In this document: piece by piece, positions 24,483-38,000 of the stretch
Layout: each line of letters opens with the position of its first letter
Position numbering within the stretch: position 1 is the stretch's first letter
NCBI GenBank assembly: GCA_030141605.1
Contig: JAQGDQ010000789.1
Location: 1 to 64,000, forward strand
Reading direction: 5' to 3'
Origin: Tubiluchus corallicola
Lineage: Eukaryota; Animalia; Priapulida
Length of the DNA: 64,000 nucleotides
Made by a program: the position numbers and the translations under genes
Notes under the pieces: model-generated
Databases searched by the model: none
What the model was told of the DNA's origin: nothing
What the model saw: only the letters and a program-made list of their open reading frames with translations

Positions 24483-26375
24483 GGCTTAACCTACATTGGC
24501 TTAGTCGCGGTCAAAGTCAAAGTGCAGATGCAGTTTACGTCTGTGACCATGCAACAAATCTGCAGCAATCAAGTGCCAATCACTACAGAGTAAATAAGTT
24601 AGGTAAACAGAAATTAGCAGTGGAGGTACCCCAGCTGCCATGCATAAATGCTTTTGAAATTGCTCAGCAGACTACTGCACTTTTAACATTTCTGACTTGC
24701 TAACAGTGAGACTACCGAGACACTTATTTATACAATTGTTTATACAAAATTCTATGTCATAAACTTCGTTCAATGTTAAAAATGTACAGATTAGATAATA
24801 AACAACAACAAAATTTATTGGTATTCTACCAAATAGTTAAGTTTTGTATTTCTTACAATGATTTACAAAGAAAGAAATCCATGCATAAAATTAATAAAGA
24901 AAAATGGAAAACATCTATCTAGTTATTCTAAAAATTTGATTGGGAAGGTGAATTCAAAACCAAACAAAAATGCTGCTTGATCAAAATATCACAATGGGAA
25001 AACCTGTAAGCACAGAAGAAAGGATTTCTAACAACGAAATACCAATTCATTAAGTGTTTGCCATTTAAAACATTTTAATGACATAATGACACTTTTATGC
25101 AAAAGTGTTACTACAAAAATCACATCCCATTAAATCTTAATTCAAAGAAACTGCAGTTAGTCACAACCATTCTAATTATGGTGTATGTGATGCTAGTGTT
25201 CAAAAATACAATTTTTTTCATTTCATTCTGGAGTAAACAAATTACAATAAGTAGAACTTGTAAACTTATAAAAAAAACATAATTTAGCTGATTGCAAATT
25301 ACTAAGCTTATCCAACATACTGTGATTCCAGACATTTCCAACAATCAATATTTCAGTTAAATAGGAAAATGTCGCAATAACATGAACAGTCAAACTTTAC
25401 AAATATAACTTAAATACTGCAATCAAAGTTTCAATACTACACACATACGAGTACAAACTTATAACAACGATACATAAAGCCTAACGCACACAGATCAGAA
25501 AAAAACACAAAACAGAAAACCACGGATTTGATGTCCGTGTGCATTAGAAAATAACAAAAAACATAAATGTAATTTTGCAAAACAAGCCCGCTTCATTTGC
25601 AAAACAGAAATATGCATTTCAGCCTGCCGTGTACATTAGCTGTTTCACGAAAACAACTACAGCATGATCAAAGTCAAGCGTAACTGAAAAAATGGCAGCC
25701 TGTGTCGCGGTTGTTATAGAATTGTTTGCACACGTTTTTTGTTTCTCGTGTGCTGAGATTTTTGTTCCGTGTGCGCATTCAGGAGAGAAAAACGTTTTGG
25801 AAATAAGTTGAATCAAATTGGTTTGGGGTTTTTGTTTTCTACCTTCTGTGTGCACTAGGCTATCAGTGAGGTATATAGGCAAAACATGATTCACAAATCA
25901 CCTCATGTGGACCAGTCACCTCATTTTTGTGCATTTAATGTAACAGTCAAGTAATCTACCAGAATCAGAATTAGTTCATCTGACTGTCAGTATGTCCATA
26001 GTTTTGAAAATCTCTAGCCACTTATACCTAAAGACTCTAGTCTAAACACATTACGCCATCAACATATAATGTTATTAAGTTTAGGGTAGATAGGTGGCAG
26101 AAGACGTGATAACGCCATTATAACACAAGGTAGGTCCTCGAAATTGGCTTAAAACTTGATCTCATTAAATGTCGATGGCCTCTAACATTTCCTGAGTGCG
26201 TAGTTTTATATCTGAGAACAAAACATGTTATGCAATGTGATAATATCTACTAATATTTTGGCTTTCAAATCAGGCATACAGTCACATTACAAGGCACTAA
26301 AGATGTCAAATACGTGAATAAGAAAGCAAAATAAAAAATAAATAAAATAAAGTGTTATTGCACAAAGAATATCCA

Positions 26376-28529
26376 CTACACATTACTTGCATGAAGATTA
26401 TAATGAAGAACTGCATCATGGTTTGTCAAAAAGACATGAGATTTTGGTAGAGTAGCAAAAAAATTCATCCTTTCTAAGGTCACTCTTAGAGATTCGTGAC
26501 AATTAGACAAGTACACCACAATCCCTTTGCTTTCGTACTGTTCTATTACACGACGTAAAGTACAAACGCCTGAGTAGTCAACTATGGTGAACATAGAGCA
26601 GTCAATTATTACGCAACGTGCTGGCAGATTTAAGAGGTCAGACTGTGGAGTATCGTCTCTAAAACTATCACCAGCAGCAGGTTTAGACATTTGCTCACTA
26701 ACAACAGTATCAGCTGCAGCAGTGTCATTGATTTCAGCAGCACTGTATGGTAATTTTTGCTCTTTTTTACAAATTGGATCAATGCCAACAAGACGGGTTA
26801 TTTTTGTAGTGAATAATTCTGCATTTGCATAAAACAAACTGCCTTCAAAGCGAAATATCTTGACAAAGGGCACCTGCTGAGCGCCAGAACAACTTGTCAC
26901 ATCGCAATAAATGTCTGTATCTGGAATTTTTCCCAGAAGCACTGCTTTACAATATTGCGATTTCACTAGAAAGCAAAGCATCGAAAATATCACACCAGCT
27001 ATCAGCCCAGAATGAACTTCAAGAAAAATGACACTCAAATATGTTACCATCCACATGTAAAAATCTACTTTGCATTCCCGCCATAATTTTATTGGAAGTT
27101 TGTAGTTATCAAGAGTATTTTTCAGTGCAACAATTATAATAGTTGCCAGTACAGCTTTGGGCAAAGGCTCAAGGAGTGGTCCCAAAGCAAGCAGCACTAT
27201 TAATATGAGTGACGAAGCAATAGCACTAGCTAGTTGCGTCCTACCGCCTAGCGAATCTTGAACTATGCTACGAGAGAATGCAGCTGCACTAGCAAAACCT
27301 TGAAATAAAGAACTGACTACAGAACCAACACCTAAAGCAAAAAGCTCTTGGTTGGAATCTGTCTTGTACCCATGCTTTCGTGCATAGTTTTTTGCAATTG
27401 CAACAGTGAGAGCATAGGCAACGATGGCCATAGCAAATGCATCCACTGCAACTTTACCAAATAATTTTAGAGGTGGGAGACTAGGTTGCGGGATGCCTGT
27501 TGGAATGTTCAGCAAAATATCTACTTCAAATTTCTCGTGAAAGTTGAAGCTATAAGATAAAGCTGTGACAATTACTGTCACTACAAAATCAATGGGCACA
27601 GGCACTTTTAACTTAGCTTTAAACTTTTTGTTAATAAATTCTTTTACCACATATAACACTAATATACAGCACACACTTATGATCACCTCGGCGACACGCG
27701 TCTCAGGTAGCTCACGAATTATTTCGATTAAAGTTCTAACCACTTTTAATGGTCCTTGGTGCTTCTGAATATTCAAACCAAAGATAAACCTAAGCTGAGA
27801 AGTGATAATGTGAACCACTGCACCTGTCATAAAGCCTTCAATAACGGAATCAGACAAGTACAGCGTGATAAACCCGAGTCTCAAAATGCTCATTGTAATC
27901 TGGAACATGCCACAGACAAAACAGGATGACATAGCTATTAGAACCTCAGCAGGGATTGGTACTGGATTCAGCTCTTTTGAACTGTTTGAATTCACAATTG
28001 ACGACGAATTGTTAGCTGAGGTAGAATTGATTTCCACTAAAGTACTGGGTGTCAGCCAAGCTTCAACTTCTTCCACATGTGCATCAACAATTGCACCCGT
28101 CATTAAACCAATAATAGCCACAGGTGCAACACTAATCTGCTTAGACGTTCCCAGCATAAAATAAATAAAAAGCGAAAAGAAACTTGCGTAAAGGCCATAT
28201 ACAGGCTCTAGACTAGCTAACTGAGAGTAAGCCATGCCTTGTGGTACCATTAATATAGCAACAGTAATGCCAGCTAGTACATCTCCTGCTATATATTCCT
28301 TGATTTTGTAGTGTCTCAACCAATCTACACAAGGAACAAAAGTCGTAAGGCAAGTATAACAACACTGACAGTGGCAATGTATCCGCGTGTCTTGTCCACA
28401 ACAATATGGGCAAAATGCCTTTAGGCAAAAGCATAATTTTCGAAATTGCGGTCCTTTCTCTTTAACCTCCGGAGGGTACGTATTTGTGAATGATTCATGA
28501 CTAAAAACACTTCGTGTAATGGAGTACAT
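26376..28529 (-). CDS. SLC26: SLC26/SulP anion transporter (prestin/SLC26A5-A6-like) with STAS domain; single-exon CDS of about 717 aa
   Basis: Uninterrupted ORF with first ATG at 28529 (MYSITR). Motifs: GDVLAGITVAILMVPQGMAY, YGLYASFF, DSNQELFALG, SRSIVQDSLGGRTQLA; STAS KIFRFEGSLFYANAE, IIDCS...VDYSG, HDAV. An acceptor (ttgcag|gcag|) at about 28567-28572 suggests an upstream exon, probably 5' UTR. Confidence 0.93.
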   Translation of the reverse strand: MYSITRSVFSHESFTNTYPPEVKEKGPQFRKLCFCLKAFCPYCCGQDTRIHCHCQCCYTCLTTFVPCVDWLRHYKIKEYIAGDVLAGITVAILMVPQGMAYSQLASLEPVYGLYASFFSLFIYFMLGTSKQISVAPVAIIGLMTGAIVDAHVEEVEAWLTPSTLVEINSTSANNSSSIVNSNSSKELNPVPIPAEVLIAMSSCFVCGMFQITMSILRLGFITLYLSDSVIEGFMTGAVVHIITSQLRFIFGLNIQKHQGPLKVVRTLIEIIRELPETRVAEVIISVCCILVLYVVKEFINKKFKAKLKVPVPIDFVVTVIVTALSYSFNFHEKFEVDILLNIPTGIPQPSLPPLKLFGKVAVDAFAMAIVAYALTVAIAKNYARKHGYKTDSNQELFALGVGSVVSSLFQGFASAAAFSRSIVQDSLGGRTQLASAIASSLILIVLLALGPLLEPLPKAVLATIIIVALKNTLDNYKLPIKLWRECKVDFYMWMVTYLSVIFLEVHSGLIAGVIFSMLCFLVKSQYCKAVLLGKIPDTDIYCDVTSCSGAQQVPFVKIFRFEGSLFYANAELFTTKITRLVGIDPICKKEQKLPYSAAEINDTAAADTVVSEQMSKPAAGDSFRDDTPQSDLLNLPARCVIIDCSMFTIVDYSGVCTLRRVIEQYESKGIVVYLSNCHESLRVTLERMNFFATLPKSHVFLTNHDAVLHYNLHASNV

Positions 28530-28611
28530 TTTCACATGAAATTGGTGATTTATTCTGGATTTCAACCTGCCTGCAAGAGAACAGAAAAATCATACAATAA
28601 ATGGCAAACTA

Positions 28612-28822
28612 AAGTGAGGTTAACCAGACATCCGGAATGCATTGTCCACATGTGGAATTTTTATAGCTGCATATAAAAAGATCAATAAGAAATAGCTAAG
28701 GAAAAAATAATGTATCACATAGGTCTGATAAATGGGTGCGCATTGAAAACAACGTAAACCGATTTTATCTATTCTGTATCCACATGATGCATACGCATTC
28801 CAGATGTCTGATAAACACCACT
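28612..28822. mobile_element. MITE (about 210 bp) with long TIRs, possibly PIF/Harbinger-type; second copy at 46044-46247
   Basis: Left end accagacatccggaatgc, right end gcattccagatgtctgat. The internal aaaccgattttatctattc is shared in inverted form with the 46 kb copy. Flanks are taa/caa. Confidence 0.8.
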
Positions 28823-29167
28823 CAAGAATTTAAAATGCACCTTCACTTTTTCAGTCTCACTCAATCCCAAATATATGCCTAGTTACCAGAAAAAGGCAAG
28901 CACATGAATTTCAAAAAAATAGAGTTACATAATAAGTTAATTAAGATTAATGAGTTGTTAAATGTTGATTCACTATCTGTCTTGATCACAAGGGATTGAA
29001 TAGTCTACTGCCAGTACAAGAACACCGTAGAAAGAAGTAGTAGTAGACTACGTTCTGATTGTTTCACTGTTTTGTACTTTTTTTTGAACATTTTTTGCTT
29101 TGAAGACAACAGTGTGTGCTTGCATAGCAAAATCGTCCATAAGTCAGCAATGAAACTTTTCTAGTTA

Positions 29168-29717
29168 TCCTGAATCTCCATTTCATGAGGATTATTCTGA
29201 TACTAAGCTAATCATGCTATGCTATTTCTAAGCTAAGATAATTCACATTGAAGTTGAAGTGCAGGCTGCGTACTTGAGAAGATCGTAGTTACAAAACACT
29301 TAGCAACCATACATAATGTTGGTTGCTACAGACATCACAAGAACATATTGATGTTATGTTTAAATTCAGTTGATGGCTCTTCCAAATGAAGATCTGGCAA
29401 CAGAAAAAATCCCAAAATGATTGTTTCCATGAGCTGCTATCAGAGTTTGAAAATAAAATTTCTTTACAATAGCAGCGCTAGTTTCTAGCCAAAGAAGTGA
29501 GTAGGGAGCTATAAAATTAAATTTTTAGTATTTTTTTAACGTTTTCTTGATAATTTGATGCTAGAGTATAAAAATCCAATATATTTAGCATTTGTTTTTA
29601 TAAGAAACAAAAAATTGACATTTGACCAAATTTTTGGTGCATTCTACTTTGAAGCATCATAACGTAGTCTTAATTATGCCGGCTTATGGACGGTTTTAGT
29701 TTGCAAGCACACATATA
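29168..29717. repeat. Dispersed repeat, inverted copy of 7675-8235
   Basis: Reverse-complement similarity along the whole length (see 7675-8235). Confidence 0.85.
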
Positions 29718-31439
29718 ATAATTACATCTACTAATAGCACAGGTTTACATGAATAATCCTTCAAATAGCGCAAGTCGAATAAAGATTCCAGTCGTAACCT
29801 TATAAGTAAATCCGATACAGTCTTCACAAATTTAGATTTGCTTACTGCAGTAGCTCTAGCAGTCTTTATGTACGATGGATTCGACCCAAATCACTACTCA
29901 TCTGGATGCTGTTGTTGTTCTTGTTGCAATGGCTGTTGTTGTTGTTAATGGCTCACATTTTGAAAAAACCCATAGGCTCCACAAACTCACAATGGGTCGT
30001 TACGAAACTTAAAAAATATACACTGGAATGAATTCTGCATCAACCGATGAAGTTGTATTGTTGATCCGCAATTTTAAATTCAATAACATTCATCCAGGTG
30101 TGAAAACGCTTGTCACTGAGTGAATGAAACGATACACATAGCCTTCATTGCACACATTAAGCAGAATGGGTTAGATACTTCTAGTACAGAGCAGCAGTTA
30201 GGTGATAAATTGATACTTGTAATAACCAATTCAATAATACGCTTATGAATCTTTAAATTATTTTCAGACTGCACAACTGATATGGAAACCTTAGTTTTTA
30301 AGTTTTTTTCTCTCATTTAATGATAAATTTTTTACTGCACATGTATTAGGTTTATAACTATATGCGATCGGAAATATATTGTAAATTACTTTATATTGTT
30401 TTATATGGCTAGCATAAGTGCTATATGCCTGCTGCCATTTTCTTTTATAAAAAATGTATTTTATGAATATTTTGAAATAAAAAATAAAAGTAAAATAAAA
30501 TAAACGTTAGATTGCAACTCTAATTATTCGTAACTGGCCCATTAAGTAGCAATTCCTCCTAAAGTAATGCAGTGGAGATATGTCATTACTGCGTCATAGT
30601 GTTGTAATTCTAAACAATATAGTAAAGCACCAAATCCACTTTTACTGGATCCTGACTGGATCACAGTGACCAAACCCTGGTATCATTTGGCGAATCCGGA
30701 TGTTGCTTTTAATTTGTGCAGGCTTTTACTATAATTTACTAATTCTTGGACATTGCCGCTATGTGTATACATTTATTTTTCTGCAATATGTTTAACATTC
30801 AAATTTAAAGCCTAAAAACATTTAGAAAACTGTGTGGATGTCATGGCTCATTGTAAATGCATGCTCGCAAATTCAAGGAAAGTATTTTTTGTTTATTTAT
30901 GTTGTAGTAAAAAACTGCCACAAAACATTTTGCTCATCTGCTGTGAGAAAATATATGATCGGGTGACTCGGTACAATAATCACAACATGGTCACACTGAT
31001 TTGCGTGTCTGTGAAATCTGATGTTTGACGTGTATGAAACATCAAAAACACCTCAGCTAACAATTCGTCATCAATCGTGAATTTATAAAGGCAGTGTTTT
31101 TTAGGACTCCTATAGTCCTAGATTGCCCTCACACATTTTCTTCTATAAAAATAGTTTCAATATTGGCTAGTTTGTATTGTATTGCACGTGAGAAATAAAT
31201 ATACCTTATATCTAAAGACACGTTGCACACATAATAAAATCAGAAGTGAACAGCAGAATTCTATTGACGTCTTTTAAAATTACACACATTTAATTGTGCA
31301 AAAATATAATTACACTTACACCCAGCAATCTAGTAGTATAATGTATTTTATTATTTTAATTCTACTCTCGCATAATTTTGTTTTTATTTTTTCTGTTACC
31401 GTTACTGTAGAAGGATAACAGTTAGGCATAAACAGCTTA

Positions 31440-32160
31440 TGGACCTCTCCACTCTTCCTTGTTTACTTTATTAAAAATAAAAATGAAGAAAATAGGAGGC
31501 AACACTGCGATCATGAAGTGTGGCACAAAATTTCCTGTTGCCATTGTGGCAACCTGGGACCTATATATTTTTCTGGATTGCATTTCCAGTGTATATTGAG
31601 ACGAATCTTAAACTGGGCAGGACTAGAGGCTTGAACTACAGTGTCAGGCAGCATGTTCCATTCATTAATTACTTGCCTTGCAAATGTTAACCTCCTTCTA
31701 CTCCACCTTCGGGGAACTGTTCTCTTCTTAATTTTGTAGGAGTGACCTCTGGTAAAATGATGTCTGTCGATGGAAAAATATTTTGCTGTTGATGGTTTCT
31801 GTACCTCTAAGGATACAAAATGTTTGAATTGTCTTGTCTTTTGCATCTATTTTTCAGAGTTGTAAGGTACAGAATCTTAAATCTTGCAGCATATCATAAA
31901 TGAGAAACAGCAGGTACGAGTCTAGTAGTGCGACGTTGTACACTTTCAATATTCCTTTTCATGTCTTGACGAGTTGGGCTCCATATTACATCACCATAAT
32001 CCAATATTATAGGGCGAACCATTGACTAGTATACCTTGGCCAGCATAGATCCATCAAAATAAGAGAAACTACGCTTGATTAAGGCCAGTCTTCCAAGTGC
32101 TTTATTGACAACGTTGTTTATGTGTCTGAAATTTAAGCATACTGTCGATGGTGATACCCA
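31440..32160 (-). mobile_element. Decayed CR1-like LINE 3' fragment
   Basis: Translations KALGRLALIKRSFSYFD, MVRPIILDYGDVIWSP, TRGHSYKI, VINEWNMLP are typical of the CR1 ORF2 C-terminus. Stops and frameshifts are present. Confidence 0.8.
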
Positions 32161-33022
32161 GATCTTTTTCATCATTTTTATAAAAAAACGACAGAAAGAG
32201 TTGGATTTTTGAACTGCCATTTTGCGTTCAAACTAAACTAAACGACTCGCTTACACGCATAAAAACGTGATAACCCCATCATCATCATCCTTGCTAATTA
32301 AATATGTTTGTTAAAGCTGCTCAGCACAAAAATATATTAATTTTATTACACAAACATAAAAATTAAAACAGTGCTCAGTATCAATACATTTAAACGTTTC
32401 AAACAATTAATGCGTATTTACATTTAGGCTTAATCTAAACAGATTACACTCATTGTTAACTAAAAACAATAACTGCGTTGTAACTGAAAAGTGCTAATTT
32501 GATATACGAAAGGATGGATCATTGGACTGATATGGTATGAAGTGGTGCTGTAAGCTTCACAAATTGAAACGCAGACGCACTCTTCATTCGCGGCAAACAC
32601 TTTCATTCAATCCTTGTTTATTAGATAAGGGTCACTAATACTCCAACTAACATTAAATGACGATATTGCCCAGCGTACATTGGCTCATGGCAGTCCAGAG
32701 TTCATACCTTGTAACTACGACAACCGGTTTCAGCATTTCCTGTGTTAGATCGCTCATGTTAGAGTGATTTTAATTTTAGATAAATTTTAATTTTGGTTAA
32801 TTACAGCCTGAATTTAACCTGCAGTCTCCAAACCATGACAATTAAAATGATGCATAGAAACTAGACGTGCTGCAGGCAAGCCTCGTTCAGGACTCCAATG
32901 TTATCCATCCAGTAGTAGACTCAAAGAGCTAAAATAAAAATTACATCGTAAGAAATTACATAAAATATTCAAGATAAATTACTTAAAATATTAAAATTAT
33001 TTAATAAGATTAAACACTAAAA

Positions 33023-33450
33023 CTAAATAAAGTATATACAAAGCCAGTGGATTAAAATGCGTGCCCTTGGATAGTAAAATGATGGAAGACAGCCTGTTTG
33101 AAAGAGGATTAAAATTACATCTGCAGGTAATTCTTTCCACAAGCGTGAAAGTCTGTTATAAAATAAAGCACACTGACAGGTAATTCTATTTCTTTTTAAA
33201 AGCATTTGACTATGCATGTGGCATAATCTTGAAATTGTCCATTGGCTATCTAATTGATGACGGAAGAAACCGTGCATTGCCTTATATCGAAATACAAAAG
33301 AGGATAGGTCCCTTTTGCATTTGAGACACACAATTTTGAGAGCTTGCAGGCGATTATTGTAGTCAGGCATGGGTTTACAGTCTAGGAGGTACATATAGTG
33401 CATTGCCATTCATTGCACAGATTCTAGTTTACGAATTAATGCCATAGACA
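33023..33450 (-). mobile_element. Decayed LINE ORF2 C-terminal fragment
   Basis: DYNNRLQALKIVCLKCKR...FVFRYKAMHG...FYNRLSRLWKELP resembles the CR1/L2 ORF2 tail. Confidence 0.6.
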
Positions 33451-33472
33451 GTGTGCGTTGATTGATTTCAAA

Positions 33473-33830
33473 ATGAACTGAACCTGAAGAAACAACACTT
33501 ATGTGCAGAGCTTTGCTACTTTCTCATGTAAATACATATATGTAATGTTATTGTAGAACTTATGAACTGATGATATGAGGTATTATGTTAATTTCAATAA
33601 ATTTCTTTCATATTTATTTCACTAATGCTGGTTCACACATCATTTGTATGAACTGAACTTCAAGAGACAACACTTGTATGCAGCGCCTTATTACTTACTC
33701 ATGTAAATACATGTATGTAATGTTATTGTAGAACTTGTGAACTGATGATAATTTTATGAGATGTTATGTTAACTTCAATCAATTTCCTTCATATTTATTT
33801 CACCAACGGTGGTTCACACATCATTTGTGT
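33473..33830. repeat. Tandem duplication (about 175-183 bp x2)
   Basis: tgaactgaac...ctcatgtaaatacat.tatgtaatgttattgtagaactt.tgaactgatgat...ggttcacacatcatttgt occurs twice. Confidence 0.9.
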
Positions 33831-35051
33831 ATACTGCTATACACCCTTCACATGCCAACATAACTAAACAAAAAATGAACCAAAATATCTTTTAAATTTA
33901 TTCCTTACAGTATGCACTTTGGCACACTAAAGCCAGTAGCCAGTGTCCAGTGCAGGGTCTCGTTAATTTCATTGATTGTTGTTCTAAAATAGAAATCCTA
34001 GGCTGATCGAAAGTCCCATATGTAATGATATGGGGCATGGAACTGTCACAGAATACATCTTACCTATCAATATATCCATATGATAATTAACATCGCTTAA
34101 TGAAAAAGTATAAGAGCTAAGGAAGCATTATTGCGAAAAAAAATTGTGGAAGAGCAATTCTCTTGACAAACACGTATCCGTTTGCTAAAATAATATAGTT
34201 GATAGGAAGACTTTAGCATTGCATACCCATGGTCACTATATTATAATTCCTTATAAGGGAACAATTACCACTCACTCGACTCTATTTGGCTCGATCACTT
34301 CTAGTAATATAAGCAGTAAGGTAACAACTTAAGCACCTGCATATTGTTGTTGTGGTGATGGACTTAATCTAGTTCAAATCCAGGATGTATTTAAGCAGAA
34401 AGTTTAGTTCTAACCCAGAACGTATTTAAACTTTAATTTAGTTTTTCACATTGCCTAACCATAGCTGTTTTTCAAAGGTTTGTTTCAAATTTAAAATTGT
34501 GGGTAACTTATACAATCATTAATAAAATCTGGTTATTAATATTATAAATAATTATTTTCTATTTAAAGGTATTAGTTTCAAGTAATTTCCTTACAGGTTG
34601 GCACTGCTTGCAAAACTGAAATGTAAATTATTTTTTAAGAATAATAGTGGAAATCAATAATATCCCAGCATCAGTTAACATACGTATGCAACAAAAAGTT
34701 GCACAACCCTCAATTAAATTGCTTATAACAATACATAATAGACTACACATACAAGCCTGATAGAAACAAAACTTTTAAGTCCTGAGATCACTGCTCTGTT
34801 AGAGTGCTTGATTGAATGTTCCATTTGCTTGTTTATAATTCCTTTCTCTCTTCTTATTTGTCTCTCAATTTTTACATTACTATTAATAACAATATTTCGG
34901 GTATAGTATTCGTCTTATACGTACTAACACGGATCAGCAGAGAAAGTCTGATTATGTTGCTGGGCAAATGACGAGGTCGTAGTGGAATCCCTTTGTAGTA
35001 CGAGGTTTGTGGTATTCGGAGACCGCTCAACAGTTTTTCTCAAACCTAGGA

Positions 35052-38000
35052 ATGGCGACGATGGGTCCGATTGGCGCTCACAGTAAAAAGCATGTTTGTT
35101 ATTACTATGACGGTACGTATTTAACGCAATTATCTAGAAAATTTGCACAGATTATTGCAGAATCTAATAACATTAATTGATGTTCTTATCACTATGTGGT
35201 TTCTGTGTAAATGGTATAAACAGTACTGCTGTTTCTAGTTTTTCGGTTTTGTTTGTTATGAGCTACCGTACTTGTGATTACAAAGAAAACGCTGTAATAC
35301 ATTTCTTGGAGTTGCCAAAGTTTTCCTTTTCTGGGGGTGGGTTGTATAATTTTAAGAAAATCAAGTTTTACGAAATTACCCGATTTTTAATAAGCAACAC
35401 TACGTTTCGTAGAATTTGAAAACGGCTTGAATATATTTTTTTACCCAAGTTATTGGCATCTTGCATAAGCCTTGCATCTAGTGCAGTTGTAATTGTGCTG
35501 GACTACTAGGCCTCTACTCTAGTCTTGATTGTATTGTTAGGCTGTTTCCATTTGTTTATTGTAAAAATTTTATTAAGTTCTGTTAAACTGTTTGTCTAAG
35601 TTTATTGCAATACAACTGTATAGAAGTTTGTATCTTGTTATTTTGTTAAATCTGTATGTCTCTAACTCTTGTGTCATTATTTCATGCAGTGACTTTCACT
35701 TTGCCTTGCTCTATCAATTTTGAATGTAAACTCATTAACCCTTAGATGATGCACCTACACAAGTTTCTATAACTTATTGTACTTAACATTTTTCAGGTGA
35801 TGTTGGCAATTATTACTATGGACAAGGGCATCCGATGAAACCCCATCGGATGCGCATGACACACAATCTCATTCTGAATTATGGCCTTTACAGGAAGATG
35901 GAAATTTATGTAAGTTTAAAACTGGATCACATGAAATAATTATATTTTCAACCAGTAATTATCACGCAATATAGATATATTTTGCAGCAGTTAGCAATGT
36001 ATTAATAGTAACTTAGAACAAAATTATAAAAATGTAGAGAATATATAATTGTGTAAAAATAATTATGTCACTTCTCTTGCATTAGAAAGTGGAAAGGAAT
36101 GTAGAACATTTGCATTTTCGGTTTTCTATGCTTGATTTTAATAACAACTGGCTGTGCTCATCCTAAAAGTCTAATGACAGAATAAAAAATTTGTTATGCT
36201 GAAATGGTTAGTGATAGGTTTCAGCTAGAATACATAAATATATGAAAATTAGTGGCATAAGCTTAATGTTTTTAAATAAGCTTCCTTCCATACTTGGTTT
36301 ATTACTTATCTCCTTACTTCCTTACTCCTTACTCCTTACTCCTATTATTACTTCCAATTATTTATCTTAGGCCTAGTTTCAGTTTGCCAGTAATACTGGA
36401 TGTTTCTCCAGTACTTAGCAGTGTACCTTCCTGTTTGATTAATTAACGTTGTTTTGTTCATTTGCTAAATTATTATGTGGAGTTTACACAAATAAAGTCA
36501 ATGCTGTAATCTATATATTTCCAAGTTGAAGCATTATAATAACTGTAGTTTTAACACAAAAGTATTTTATACATATTTTGCTGTTAAAATTACATGCAGT
36601 TTTTACAGTATAAGCAGTTGTGGGTGTTTTTGTAGCGACCGCACAAAGCGACACAAGAGGAAATGACAAAGTATCACAGCGATGACTACATACGTTTTCT
36701 GCGCAGCATTAGACCAGACAACATGTCAGAATACAATAAACAGATGCAGAGATGTAAGAATCGTTCCTGTATTTAGCAAACAAGTAACAAAGATGATGTT
36801 TGCTAGTTGAAAATTATAAATAAACACTTCACTAGGCACCAAGATTATAGTATTTTTGCTATGTGTCATTAGATTTATAAATGTTTAAATGAACAGTGAT
36901 GTAAATTGAAATTCTGAAATGTTGCTTACTGCTACCGGCTGTTATTTATTTGGATTATTTAGATTAAAATTCTTTTTTCAGTTAACGTTGGTGAAGATTG
37001 CCCAGTCTTCGATGGCATGTATGAGTTTTGCCAGCTTTCAACAGGTGGCTCTGTTGCTGGTGCAGTAAAATTGAACAAAAATGCAACTGACATTGCCGTA
37101 AATTGGGCCGGCGGATTGCATCATGCTAAAAAATCGGAAGCATCTGGTTTTTGCTATGTAAATGATATTGTACTTGCTATTTTGGAACTTCTGAAGTAAG
37201 TTTAAATAGCAGAATTCACTGGTGATTATTCTTGCTTATGTATGAGAGTGCCCACACAATGTATTTCGTATGTGATATGTTCAATTTATTCTGTATATTC
37301 TGCACAGTTAATGTGTGATATTCTGTTTAACTACAATTATATCCTGCAAATTTTTATTGTAGTTCTATTATTTATGCTTCCCATGCTATTTATCACAAGT
37401 CATTGTCTAGTACCTTCTTTGCACTGTCATTGTGCAATTAAGCGATTATTATATATACGAGTAATTGGAAAAAAACAGCATTTTTTCAACTAATTAAAAA
37501 TTGAACCCGTTTTTTAGAATAATTTTTAGATGCTCCTTTAGCTGAGATCACTTGATTGGATTCTTTGTAGTACTGCATTAGTTGCATATAGTTGAACTGC
37601 TGTAATGATTGTGTCTAATCTATCAGAAACATAGAATTATATATTTTTATAAGCCCTCCGATTAATTTTTTGAATGCTAGGTATCATCAGCGGGTATTGT
37701 ACGTTGATATTGATATTCATCATGGTGATGGGGTAGAAGAGGCTTTCTACACGACAGATCGTGTAATGACTGTATCATTCCATAAATATGGGGAGTATTT
37801 CCCTGGCACAGGAGATCTAAGGGTGAGCATCTATGAGAAATTTAAAACTTATTTTTTGTGGTATTTGGGAAACGTAGGAAAGATTTTGTTTAAAACAAGC
37901 TTCATACAAAAAATTTGTAATAAACTAACACTTATTTAAAATAAAAACAATAAACGTAGTAATCCGTTGTAAGAGATTACAAGACACCATTTTGTGATAA

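Noticed and set aside
26584-28164. Plus-strand ORFs overlapping SLC26, and similar short antisense ORFs over ACTL6 and the LINE
   Set aside because: They are antisense shadows of real coding sequence with no independent evidence.
28995-29950. Possible upstream coding exons for SLC26 (ATG at 29140; CAA-rich stretch and donor near 29845)
   Set aside because: In-frame stops occur in every frame I tested. At most these are non-coding 5' exons, and I could not place them.
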